The notes below the pieces were generated by a model. The model saw nothing but the letters and a program-made list of their open reading frames with translations, ran no database searches and was not told the origin of the DNA. From Utricularia gibba (lineage: Eukaryota; Plantae; Magnoliophyta), in contig NEEC01000004.1 of the NCBI GenBank assembly GCA_002189035.1, positions 4,216,001 to 4,280,000 on the forward strand: a stretch of DNA of 64,000 nt, written 5' to 3'. Shown here one piece after another: positions 42,101-54,328 of this stretch (positions are counted from its first letter, which is position 1; each line of letters begins with the position of its first letter). A program made the translations under genes and the position numbers.

Positions 42101-44158
42101 TAGATTATATTAGATTAGATTGCAAGGCGGGTTTTGAGTTTTCCCAGAAAAGATTATCCTCATTATTACAACAGACAAGTGCAAGTTAGCTGGTTGATCC
42201 ATCCTTGAGACAAATGAATCAAACGCACAGAGAGAGAGACAGACAGACGAACTGTGAGTGGAAGCGCGAAAAGGGGTTTCGGTTTAATCATGTACGTCAC
42301 CGGGCACTCCAACCCGGTTCCTGGTTAGTTCGTTGGGCGGGCTTTCTTTCTCCGACAACATTTTGCTTCAAGGACGATGGGGTGGTTATCCACTCATCAT
42401 CGGCGGAAGTGACGGCCGTACTACAGAATCTTCCTTGTTTACATCTCATGGGGTGGAGTACCATACACGAAACTACCCATTAATCAACTTGTGCTGTTCG
42501 ATGTCATAACAAGTGTTATTTTTTATTAATTCATTGAACTGCTTTGTATAATTTTTAAATATTCTAATATTAAAATTCCGTAATAAAATTAAAAATTTAG
42601 ATTTTATAATTAATTATAAATATTATTGAATTAGTTTAATTTGTGTTCAGAGATTAAATAAAAATTATAATATTCATTTTTATTTATTTTAAAAATATAT
42701 TTATATTATAATATTAAATTATATAATAACTTAATATATTAAAATTTATAATATATATTTAATTTTAATAAATTTTATATTATCTCATACAACAATTTTA
42801 TAATCTCAAACTGATTTTATATACGTAATATTGAAATTAATTATATTTTATATAATATGAAGTACAGTTTAAAATGACATAATATATCCATAGTTCTCAA
42901 AACTTTACTTACATAGAGAAGGATTTATATTTTTTTGCACACTAGATTAAAAAATGCCTATAAATTTAAATTTTTTTAAAATATAAATAATTAATATTTA
43001 ATAATAAATTATTTTATTTTTTAAAAAAAGCTTTTTAAAGAGGCCCTAAATATATATAGAGCTTACTTAATTCTACTCTTTCTAATAAAATAGAAGATTA
43101 AGATTGTTTGTTTTTTAATAATAAAAAAATACTTCTAAATTTATATTCTTTATCAAATATGAATTATTGATGTTTGATAACAAATTTATTTTCAGAATAT
43201 TTTTTAAAATATTCATTATTAGGTTATTTAAAATGATCTCTATACTAATTAAATAGTGAATGCTTCCCTCTCTGGTTCCAATAAGATTTATTTGACTAAT
43301 AGTTTGTTTTTTTTTATTTTAACAGAGGAATGAGCATTTAAAATAAATGAAAAAATTGATAATTTAGTGAAAATTCAAAAGATCACAATGACAGACGAAA
43401 GCAGATAAATTCTTAAAACAAAAAAGAAAAAGAAAAAAAGAAATTCGTAACACGGGGATTTCCACTGGGGAAACGGGCTCAGCCCTAAGACCGTGTGATT
43501 TCTTCTTCCCTTTGGTTGAACGTTTTGGCGCATGGAGCATGGCGGAAAAATGCTTCTAATGTGTTAGGGATGCTTAATAGACTGGTATGTGGTTTTGCTG
43601 CCCGTTTCAAAAACTTCAGTGCTTGTAAACTTGGTTTCAATTTGCTTTCGTAATTCTGACAATCTCTGTAAATAAATTGGCGTTGGTTTTTTCCAATTTG
43701 AGTTTTGGGAATATGGGTACCAGGAGTGGGAGTGAGCTGTTATGGTTTCCATATACAGATGCTGAATGTTATGTTTGGAAGTTCATACCTTTTTATTTGG
43801 CTGTTCTACGGTTTTCAGTGAAGGGTTGTGTAGGACATGCATTTTATTATAAATCCTTATACTGATATTGTGCATTCAAGGTGCTCTCCAGAAGATCAGG
43901 TTTTGTAGAACCTCCCGTGAATTACTCCCATCCGAATTTCAAAAAGTTGCCGCCCGTCGGCGGTTGAGGAATCTGTCTGTGAGGTGAGAATTGCGCGTCG
44001 TCCTCATCTTTTTTAATATGGATCTTTAGATATTTGGAGCACATATGCTCATCAGTGCTGAATAATTTTCTAGCTTAAGCGGAATATAAGATTGATTCCC
44101 GCGCCACCTTTCCTCATGTTAATTAAATCTTTTTTTATTGTTCGAAAGGAAGATAACA

Positions 44159-47100
44159 ATGGCATCCGATCCACAAACAAGTGGAGATGGAAATCCCCAG
44201 CCACATCCAAAGATACAAATATATTCGTCTTCCAATGACCAGGTGTCAGATTTCTGGAAAGGTTTAGCCTTTGCCATCTTTTCTTATCACTTCCCGAGCA
44301 GTTAAGTGCACAATCAAGTTTATGTTCGCAGATAAGTATGAAAAGAATGCAAAGAACTACTGGGACAAGTTTTACAAATTCCATCAAGATAAGGTGAGTA
44401 ATGCACATCTGGGCGTTTCATGATGATCGCATTAACGATTGAAGTTTAGATTCCAAATTTTACAAATTTTTTTCGTTGGTTAAGTGAACTTAAAGCATGA
44501 ACTTGTTATTACTGTGATTAAGCCATATACAAATTACTAAGGCCACATTAACTCATTTCGCCCTCATGTGGCCTAATAGGCATGGCATGATGGTTTATGC
44601 TAATTCCATTTTTATTGCTCCTCAGTTTTTTAAGGATCGACATTATTTGCATAAAGAATGGGGACACTTTTTCTCTGTAAGTGGAAAACATGGAAAAATT
44701 CTCACTTGCTGACAGTAGTTGGTGTTAATTTACCAAGTTCTTCGTTTTGCAGGGAGATGAAGGAAGGACTGTTCTAGAGGTACTAGAAACAGATGAAATT
44801 ACCTTTCATCTATTTAATGTTTCTAGTCGACTATACTAGTAATACACAATGTAGAATTCTCCAAAAGTTTAAGGCGACTTCTGCAACATTTTTTCAATTA
44901 CAATTTTCTCTTTTAAAGTTGGACTTCATTATTGTCATGGCAACTTTTGTTTTCCAGGTTGGCTGTGGGGCTGGAAATACTGTATTTCCTTTGCTCACAG
45001 CATTTCCAAATATATTCGTTCATGCTTGTGATTTCTCACCACGTGCTGTGAATTTGGTGAAGGTGGATCTTATTCTTTTCTTTTCAGCTTTGACTAATTT
45101 CTTGGAGGAATTATTTTTATCTGTAAGGTATGAAGTCATTTATTCTGGGTCAAAAGTGATAGCATGTATGCGTTTTTTTCATTTGGCATTCCAGATGCGC
45201 AAGGATTTCACTGAGGGCAAGGTGAATGCATTTGTTTGTGATCTTACCGTTGATGACCTGATCCTGAATATTCCTGCTTCTTCAGTGGACATTGTCACCA
45301 TGGTAATAGTTGCAGTACCTTACACCATTGATTAAAGACTTGCGTTTCCCAGTTCCAACTGTTGAGCAGCATCTTTTTTCTCCAATGTTTAAAAATATTT
45401 TCCATTTGCGAGATACCATTTTCATTACTTGCATTTAAACTAACCTTTTTCAAGGTAGATTTTTGTTCTATCTGCAGTATCACCTGATAAGATGCCCACT
45501 GTATTGCAAAACATCAGAAAAGTTCTTAAGGTTTGCACTGATTTTTAATGCAATGGTGTTTTTGAATAAAGTTTTCCGACTTGCAGTCATATTATAGTAA
45601 GCTCACACTTCCCTTATGCAGCCAGATGGTGTTATTCTGTTTCGGGATTATGCCACAGGGGATCTTGCTCAGGTAACATTCTGGTTTGACTTGTTTTACG
45701 TGAGTGTAATGTCCCATCCTGAGTAGTTTAATAACTATAAATAATGATTTCAATGCTCGTTTTTTAAGGGAAATTCGTTTTTTTTTCTTTTAAGAATGTG
45801 ATGTATATTCTGTCCTAGCTGAAGTGTATTATCGAATGATGGGCAGGAAAGGTTCACTGGGAAGGAGCAAAAGATTAGTGAAAATTTCTACGTTAGAGGT
45901 GATGGAACTGTAAGTCGTCCAACATTCTGATTCCATTCTCCTTGCACGTGAGATCCACAAGTTTTCACTAACTGCCCGCATTTCACTGCCAGAGAGCTTT
46001 CTACTTCTCCGATGACTTCTTAGAAAGTCTTTTTGTAGAAAATGGATTCATTACAAAAGACCATTTCGTGTATTGCAAGAGAGTGGAGAACAGATCAAAA
46101 GAACTTGTTATGAATAGGTGAGTCGACTTAAATTCTTACATCTCCTAGTTTTTCTCATCAAAAGACACATCTCATGCTATTTTTTGTTGCCGTTTTGTCT
46201 GATGCCTCAATGCCTACTTGCTTCATCTAATTTGAGTTACAGGAGGTGGGTTCAAGCTGTGTTTCAGAATTCCGAATCGAACTCCATTATTAATATAGCC
46301 CCTGAAGCTGAAGTTGCTCATCTAGCAGATTTTATTAAGAATAAGTATGAGGCCGATGAAGCGGAAATTGCTTTGTCAGATGGAATGGCTGCGCAGATGT
46401 TTGGGTTTTCGTGTTCGGATGAAGAGGTATAATACAACATCAGCTTATTCAATGCATTTTATGGATTTTACAAAGCACCGTTTTCTTATCAGATCGTTGA
46501 GATTCCAACTAGGAACTCATCCTTCAAGATAAGGGTCTTGCCCAAGGAGCATCAGCACACTTGCCCATCAACGGGGTTGATGCTTTGGGAATCAGCACGA
46601 TTAATGGCTTCTGTCCTTGCTGCAAATCCAGAGCTAGTGACGAAGAAAAGAGTTTTAGAACTTGGGTGTGGTTGCAGTGCCATATGCTCAATGATAGCCT
46701 CAACATCTGGGGCTGAAACTGTGGTTGCAACTGATGGAGACCAAAAAGCACTTGATCTGCTCTCAAAAAACGTGGCCTCAAATCTGGAACGGCCACTTCT
46801 TGATTCATTCCTGGTGCGCCCTCTCAAATGGGGGTGCAAAGAAGACATTGAGGCCATCAAGAAGCTGAATGAGAAAGGATTTGATCTCATAATCGGCACG
46901 GATGTCACCTATGTACCCGAAGCAATTGAACCTCTGTTTGCTACTGCTGCAGAGTTGATCTCAAAGTGCAACAATGGACACAAGAGCGAAGAGCCAGCTT
47001 TGATTCTATGCCATGTTATTCGAAGAGTCGACGAAGCTTCAATCATTTCTGCTGCGTCGAAGTTCGGGTTTCGTCTCATCGATAAATGGTCTCACGGCTG

Positions 47101-47206
47101 CCTCAGCCGCACATCGCCCGGCGGCGTCATCGGAAAGTGGTTTTCTACTTTCTCCGGTGAAGTTGCGTCTACAGCTCTTAATATCATGTATTTCGAAATT
47201 GCATGA
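44159..47206 (+). CDS. Two-domain SAM methyltransferase: METTL6/Trm140-like tRNA m3C domain plus C-terminal Methyltransf_16-type domain
   Basis: Twelve exons join in frame: YWDKFYK..FFKDRHYL, LEVGCGAGNT, FRDYATGDLAQ, RRWVQAVF, then STGLMLWESARLMA, VLELGCGCSAI, FDLIIGTDVTY. Confidence 0.92.
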
Positions 47207-47941
47207 GATGCCTTAGCCGCTCATTTTGGACCTTCTTAATGCTTCAGAGTTATAACTGTTTATTTATTTATTCGGTTTTAGTTTTAAAAGTGTAAAATAT
47301 AAATTAGAGATTTAAAAAATAAAATAATTGTTGGAACCAAAATAATAAGCCCAATATCCCTTCGTTGAAGGCTGGCGGTTTTTTTGGGTAATCGATTTTG
47401 CGAATTCTTGAGGTGTTCCAACTCCGACTGACGCGAGGGCCGGCTGATTCTTTCCTGTCGCGCTTCTCTGCGAGAATTTCCGATATTCCACGTTGAGAGG
47501 AATCGTCACGACAACTCTGTTTTTCCGGTAAACTGCTCGGGGCTCCCCATGGTTTAGTAAAAGGGTGGAGATCGTTTATCTTCATCCGGGGGTTCATTTC
47601 ATTCATGTTGGACTCAACGTGGTTGGCTGATTAGTGAGGTCTTCCATCATCAAGCGCGTATTAGGGCAGGGAAGCATCCGAGGACATTGCTGATTCAAGA
47701 GGCTGGGTTTCAACATCGAGCAATCGCAGTTGGCCCATTGAGAAATAGATTCCATATTTGTTCGCTCTGAGGCCTCGGATTCTGCCAGATCGATTCCCTC
47801 TTCTTAGATTGTTTCTTCCTACTCCTATCTTCACTCTATCAAGCGACTGGGGTAAACTCAGCCTACTCCTGGAGTGTCCTTGATCAACCTTTGATTTTTT
47901 ACTTACCGTGAAGCGTGGGTTAGGGTTATAGTATTTCAAGT

Positions 47942-50900
47942 ATGGTACTTTGGTGTGCTACCTGCGCTAGATATATCAAGCAGACTCATGCAGTGGAAGG
48001 CAAAACGTAACTCCTCCTAACTTCGTTTGCTTTTACATTTTTACATTCTGTTTTTAACTGGGTGATTTCCTATTGTGGTTGACGCAGATGTTGTTCCCTT
48101 TGTGGGAAGGTCTTGTTTGAAGATTCTTTATCGGAGGAGGCAACATTTGTGAAAGGGTCATCTGGAGAGGTTTGACTTGTACCATCTTCTTCTGTATTCT
48201 TATCACCCCTTGGAAATCGATGGTCATCCTATTTGAAAGTTTGTTCCATGTTTCATCAATCAATTAAGGGGATATTTTACATTATCCAGACATATGATGT
48301 TTACCCCGGTTTTCTGTTTGGTGAACTATGGCTTGTGTTAATCATATCGGTCCATGTTTTTGTATTTGGTAAATAGAAATGGATTCAGAACCTGAAACAA
48401 TGAAGAGCATATCTTCGTATGATGAAGAAAGAATATGTATGTGTTGAAGTCATTTTACTGGATGTGTAGCAATGCATGCCATTTTCAATGTGAAGCAGCA
48501 TTAGTTAGCGGATTGGATTATAGATTTGTTTAATGCTTTGGACGTTGTGTTCCTCCAATAAACCTTACCAATGCTTGTGTAGACTAACTCTAGCTTATCT
48601 GTAGAGCAAAATGTCTGGGAATTTCGTGAGAACCGTTCAATCAGAGATATCACTTTCACGTGTGAGAACCTTGAGAGAAGGTGTGTACGATTTGAGCATT
48701 TCTAAGAAGTACATCAGCTAAGCACTATTCTGGCTTTTCTTATGTAAATTTCACAATGCTATAACCTGTAGATTTTTCAAGTACGTGTCTTCTGTCATTG
48801 TTTGATGTTTCATGACTATCCTGACACTCAAAACTAGAATCTTGTGCATGCTGTAACTGCAATTACCAACTCCTTGCATGTTCCAGCTGAATATGGGATT
48901 CAAGATATGGTTGCAGCGCTTGATATTGATGGTGGTGATTCCATAGTTCGACCAGCTTTAGCATTTTATACGGTGATTTTTTTTCCCTTGAAAATGTGCT
49001 CGTTATGATTCCAATCTGCCGTCTATATCAGAAGTCCATTTTGCCTTCTTAGATAGCTGTTGAACGGAATTTCACAAGGGGTCGCAGGAAAGATCAAGTT
49101 GTAGCTGCTTGCTTATACATTGCATGTAGGTAAGATGTCTAGATTATATATCTATTAATATTTCTTGAGCTTTTTATAAGTGTCTTGACTGATATGCATC
49201 ATGACTTTGCTGTTGTGTTTATGTTTATTCGTGAATTACATTGCTCTTTCAAGGTTGTATACCTGTCAACTAATCTTTGTGTGTGTGTGTGTTGAGAATG
49301 CTTTATCGAAAATAGACTACTTCATGTGATATTTTCTTAAGTCAACTAGTGGGTGAAGGAAGAGATAGGTTGGCTTCCTTGCCGTAGCTTTTCTTCCACC
49401 CTATGTAGAGAAATTTTTATCTTAATAATTTTCCTTTTGCCGCAGGGAGAGCAAAAAGCCCTATTTGCTTATTGATTTTTCAGAACACCTGAGAATAAAT
49501 GTGTAAGTACCCAAGTTCTTGTCCTTGGCATTTTTTTCCTATTTTTTTTTTTCGTTTTCTGCCCTTGTATTTCTGATTTTTTAGCTTATTACAACTTCTA
49601 GACGTTTTTCTCTTTTACCTAAATTAAACATACGAGGCTTAGATTAACATTATTTTTCTCTTTTTCTGAAGAAATTCAAGACCTCGTTTTAGTGGAGTAT
49701 AGTTTTCAACTTTATACGCTATCTCAAACTGAAAAAGAAACACACTTAAATGGTCGGCAGATGGTTCATCCTTGCCCACATCAATATGGAATGTGCACAC
49801 TTGTTATGATTTTTAAGCATGTTTCAAAACTGATTACAATGCTAATTTCCTTCTTTTTTGGCATATTAGTATGTCCATTTATGAATTCAAAACTCACACT
49901 TCTTATGTTTCTGATTTATAAACCTCAGATATGCCCTCGGGGCTGTGTTTTTGATGCTATGCAAACTTTTAAGCCTGGAAGAACACCCAATTGTTCAGAA
50001 ACCTGTTGATCCTAGTCTTTTCATTCACAGATTTTCTGATCGTAAGTAAATTTTCCATATTCTGGATTCTTGATAACTAGGCTGTAGTTGTGGTCTGCTA
50101 GAGTTGAGATTTGCTGCCATAAAATTCATATTTAACCTTCCCTTGGTCGCTTAAGCCTTTCTAGCGGATTGACAAGGTTCTAGGTGAATCTCGCTAACAT
50201 GGAAAATTTAACATGCATATATCCTTGCAGGTCTCTGTGGGAGACAACCAATTATAACTAGGACTGCCCTCCAAATTGTTGCAAGCATGAAGCGAGACTG
50301 GATGCAGGTTTTTGTTCATGAATGTTGTGTTTTGAGCGTTTTCTATCTGGTTTTGTTTGATAATTTTTTTAAAAAATCTACTATTCCAGAATCTTTTTTA
50401 ATTTCGTACTGTAATTCTTCTCCAGACGGGAGAAAACCTAGTGGATTATGTGGAGCTGCTCTCTATATATCTGCCTTGTCCCATGGTCACCATTGTACAA
50501 AGTCTGACATTGTGAGTATGTTTTCCATTGGTCTTCTATGTAATGTTTCAACTTAATACTATTGCTCATTTTACTAGATGTTCTTGGTCATAGATTTAAG
50601 TTCGATTCCCATGTTTGTATTTATTTTTTGGTATGCATTATCTGCACCAACTTCACTAAGTGCACAATGTGGTTATCAGATCAGGATTGTTCATATCTGT
50701 GAAGCTACACTGACAAAGCGCTTGATTGAATTCGAAAATACAGAATCTGGAGGAATGACAGTACGTATTAAAGAATGAGCATATCAAATTCCAAGCGACA
50801 TAGGTATCTCTGTTCATGCATCCACATTTTATCTGAAAAGCTTTCTTTCCTTTCAAACAGATTGATGAGTTCAAGAACAAAGAAGAAGAACTTGAGAGAG

Positions 50901-52638
50901 AACTGCCCAGTAAGATAGTTGGCGCACAAGGTCTTGGGTCTAGCAAACTTCTTTGTAATCATGGTGTTGAACCTCCCTTTGCTTATGGTCTTTGTCAGAC
51001 TTGCTATGAGGAGGTAAATAACGAGTTCCTTTGATGGCTGTGTTCCTTCACATGTACCCCCTTAATTCCTGTATTCTCTGCTTTTGCTGCAGTTTATTCA
51101 ACTTTCTGGTGGCTTGGATGGCGGATCTGAGCCTCCAGCTTTTCAAAGGGCTGAGATTGAGAGAATGAGGGAAAAAGAAGCTGAATGTGAAACCTCCGCT
51201 GTAGTGAATCCTTCTTATTTGCATGACACCTCTGGAAACGATCCCATGTTCCGAAAGGTATTTTTCTTATACTATGTCTACGCATTCGTGCATACCTCAT
51301 GGTGCATAGTCATATAAAAAACCAGTTTTGTGGTTTGCGTAATGTTTATTGATAATCAATCATTTTAGAAGCTGACTTTTTTTCCATCTTAAACATCTCA
51401 CATCATTCTAAACGGTATTTATGTTGGGGTTTTATTTCTAGAAAGCAAGAAGCTTCCCGAATTCAACCGGCCATGAAGCTACGCAAGGAGCAGAATCTGT
51501 GTCAGCAGGTACCATCTTATATTTACTTGATATAAGTATTACAGAGTCCCCAAAGACTTTTGTTGTCTGGACATCAAACAGAGGCCATCCCGCAAGCAAC
51601 TGGTGATGATTTTGAAGAATCGGATACTTTATCTGATATCGATGACCATGAGGTTCCAACTTCTTCCCCTTGTAACACCGAGCATACTCTTCCATATTTG
51701 TACTGTCTTGGGTCGCTGAAAGCTGGGCTATTTCAGGTTGAATTATACCTTCACAATGAGGAGGAGAAAAAATTAAAGAAGGTCGTTTGGGAGGAAATGA
51801 ACAAAGAGTACCTTGAGGTATTGTAACAACATCTGATTCCTGGGAAATCAAGTTTTGGTCTCATCACCTCTGATGCTGTTTCATAATTGCAGGAGCAGGC
51901 TGCCAAAGAAGCTGCTGCGTTGGCTGCTAAGAGGGCTTATGAGGAAGAATTGAGCGGCTTACCTGAGAGCGTAATTGCGGCAAGAGAAAGTGTTGCCGCA
52001 GCCAGCGCCAAGCTAAAGAAGGTGATGTCTTTGGAGGCTCCGCTGATCTGATAATTTGATAACTTCTTCACAGGAATGTTACTAATGTGTAGATGTCGTG
52101 TCAATCACACCTAATCTCAGGAAAGGCAACTTAGAAGAGCATCGGAGGCTAAAAATCTTGGTCCTCCTTCGACTGCTGCTGAAGCCGCAAAGCAAACTCT
52201 TGACAAGAAGGTATCATCAATCCCACATCAAATAGCGCTTGCTACTGCTGTCTGCTCTTGTACTGTGCGCCTTTCCTCATTATGCTTATTCGACTACCAC
52301 ATTCTTCACCTGTGTATGACGCAGAGGCTGAGTAAAAAAGTCCGATTCGATGTGCTTGAGAAGCTTTTTGATGAACTTGTAAGTACTTGTACGTTGACAA
52401 GTTCTTCTGCATCCCTTTAAGTACTCAAAACGTGTTTATGCCGCCGTTCCCAATGCAGGATCCTCCGGCCAAGAAAAACCGAACAGAGTCAGAGATGGCT
52501 GAAGACTTCAGCGATGGCGCTGGCCGCGTGTACAACGACGGCATCGATACCGAGGAATTTGCTTTGGGGAAGGCCGGAAAGGTGCATACCACGAGCGTGG
52601 AGGACGACCCTGGTTACGATAGCGACTTTTTGTTGTAA
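47942..52638 (+). CDS. BRF1: TFIIIB subunit BRF1-like (TFIIB-related Pol III transcription factor)
   Basis: Zn ribbon MVLWCATC...CSLCGKVL, cyclin folds RNFTRGRRKDQVVAACLYIACR and RDWMQ(T)GRKPSGLCGAALYISA, BRF1 homology block DTLSDIDD.EV..YLHNEEEKKLKKVVWEEMNKEYLE. One 1-bp G-run deletion at about 50430. Confidence 0.9.
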
Positions 52639-54233
52639 GGGTGATAGCACATGTAAAATTGGGGTATTTAATAGTTAAATTAAGTGTTTTAATTATGTTT
52701 TGTAATGTTTTGATATTTATATTTTTATATGTAAATATGTATTAGATCGATAATTTAACTCGTTTTATATTTTTAATTTGTAACCAAATGCTAGGCATCA
52801 CTAACATGGAACGAATTAGATTTAATTTATATGTATAAAATTGATGAGGTATGACATGTGAGAAAAAAAACATGATAAATTAGTTCAGTTGCAGGTTTTA
52901 GGTTAATAATATTATAGAGCACATAGAATTGAAAATGTTTTGATGAAGTAAAAAAAAATGATTTATTATTCTGAAAATTTTTTGAACATATGGGAATATC
53001 AACTAAGGCGAGGAAGAAATCAACTTGGGAGTAGACTATGACTTGAAACTCCTTTAACACTAAATAGATACAACTTTATGCTATTCTATTTCAAATCTAC
53101 TGTATATGTGTATTTATATTTTATAAATTTTATTTGATACAAAAATTCAAAATTTATATACTAAAAAAATTTAGCTTATCAGATGGGTATATCTGAAAAA
53201 AAAAATCAGGGACACAAACTATCCAACTACACATTAACTTATCATTAAAAAAAAAAAGGAAAGTACTCTTTAGCAGTTGGGTGCATATATGAAAAAAGTA
53301 ATCAGATAAATTTATTCCAAAGAATTAAAATAATAGTATAATAAATTATGGATGCCATTTGCCCCACTTGTTAGAGTCATGTGCCTTTGTTAAATTCAAG
53401 ATTTGAAGTTTATTTTACTAGTGCATGTATTGAATATTAGCTTTCCCTATGAGAAAGGGACAACTCCATTGAAATACTGGAATGAAAATAAGAACAATAA
53501 AAAAAGAATGAATGAATATTCAAAAATGTATTAACCCTAATTCCACACCAAAATACATTCACTTCTTCCATGTAAACAAATCCCAAAGGAAACATTTACA
53601 AAAAGGTGCACATCCACCCAAAAAGTGACTGCAGAGGGAACCAAGTTGTTGCTTGTCTCTGTTCCATTGCATCATAACCTAAACATAAAGCACTGTTATT
53701 TCACTGTCACAATAGTTGCAGCAAAGATGAGGAAAAAGAGCAGCTCTAACAGCAAAGGGCTCATCTGATCGCAGAAACACAATTGAATGAAAATCTCAGC
53801 ACATGCTAAGCAGTTTACAAAGATCTAAACACTTTTGTTGTAGAAGCCACAAGAGTAAAGTGTGTTGCTGATTAGAAAAGTGAGGTGATTTGGTGCAGTA
53901 CTTTCAAAACTAGCAGAAGGGATGAAGGCGTGGCTGGCAAACCACAGCCCCCAAGATCTGAAGCAACTTTTACAGATTTGGTGAACAAAAGCAACCTCCA
54001 ACTCCCAAGAAACTTCAAGATCTCCTGGTAAATGAAGCAAAACAAGTGTTAATGAAGGTTGAACTCTAGATCTCTCTGGCCCAGAAAGTTCAAGATCTCA
54101 GAACACCCTAACCTAGAGCTCAAAACCCATAAATCTCCAGGTCTTGTGGCAAACACTCACACATCAAAAACCAGTCTTTTGATCTTGGGAAACCAAACAC
54201 ACAGCACCAGATTTTCAACCATCATAGAGCAGT

Positions 54234-54328
54234 GGGTGACAGATAGAGAGTAAGCACACATAGCTTCCAGCACCGACCATTTTTCGTGCAAGAAAACCAC
54301 TATTTGTGCTCACTCTCTTCTGTCACCT
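54234..54328 (-). ncRNA. MIR156: MIR156 precursor hairpin
   Basis: Exact canonical miR156 TGACAGAAGAGAGTGAGCAC on the minus strand at 54325-54306. Pairing star arm GTGCTTACTCTCTATCTGTCA at 54257-54237. TATA-like TATTAAA on the minus strand near 54575-54581. Confidence 0.96.

Noticed and set aside
47304-47939. Minus-strand ORFs between the methyltransferase and BRF1
   Set aside because: Better explained as the BRF1 promoter, 5'UTR and leader intron (acceptor TTTCAAG directly before T-ATG).
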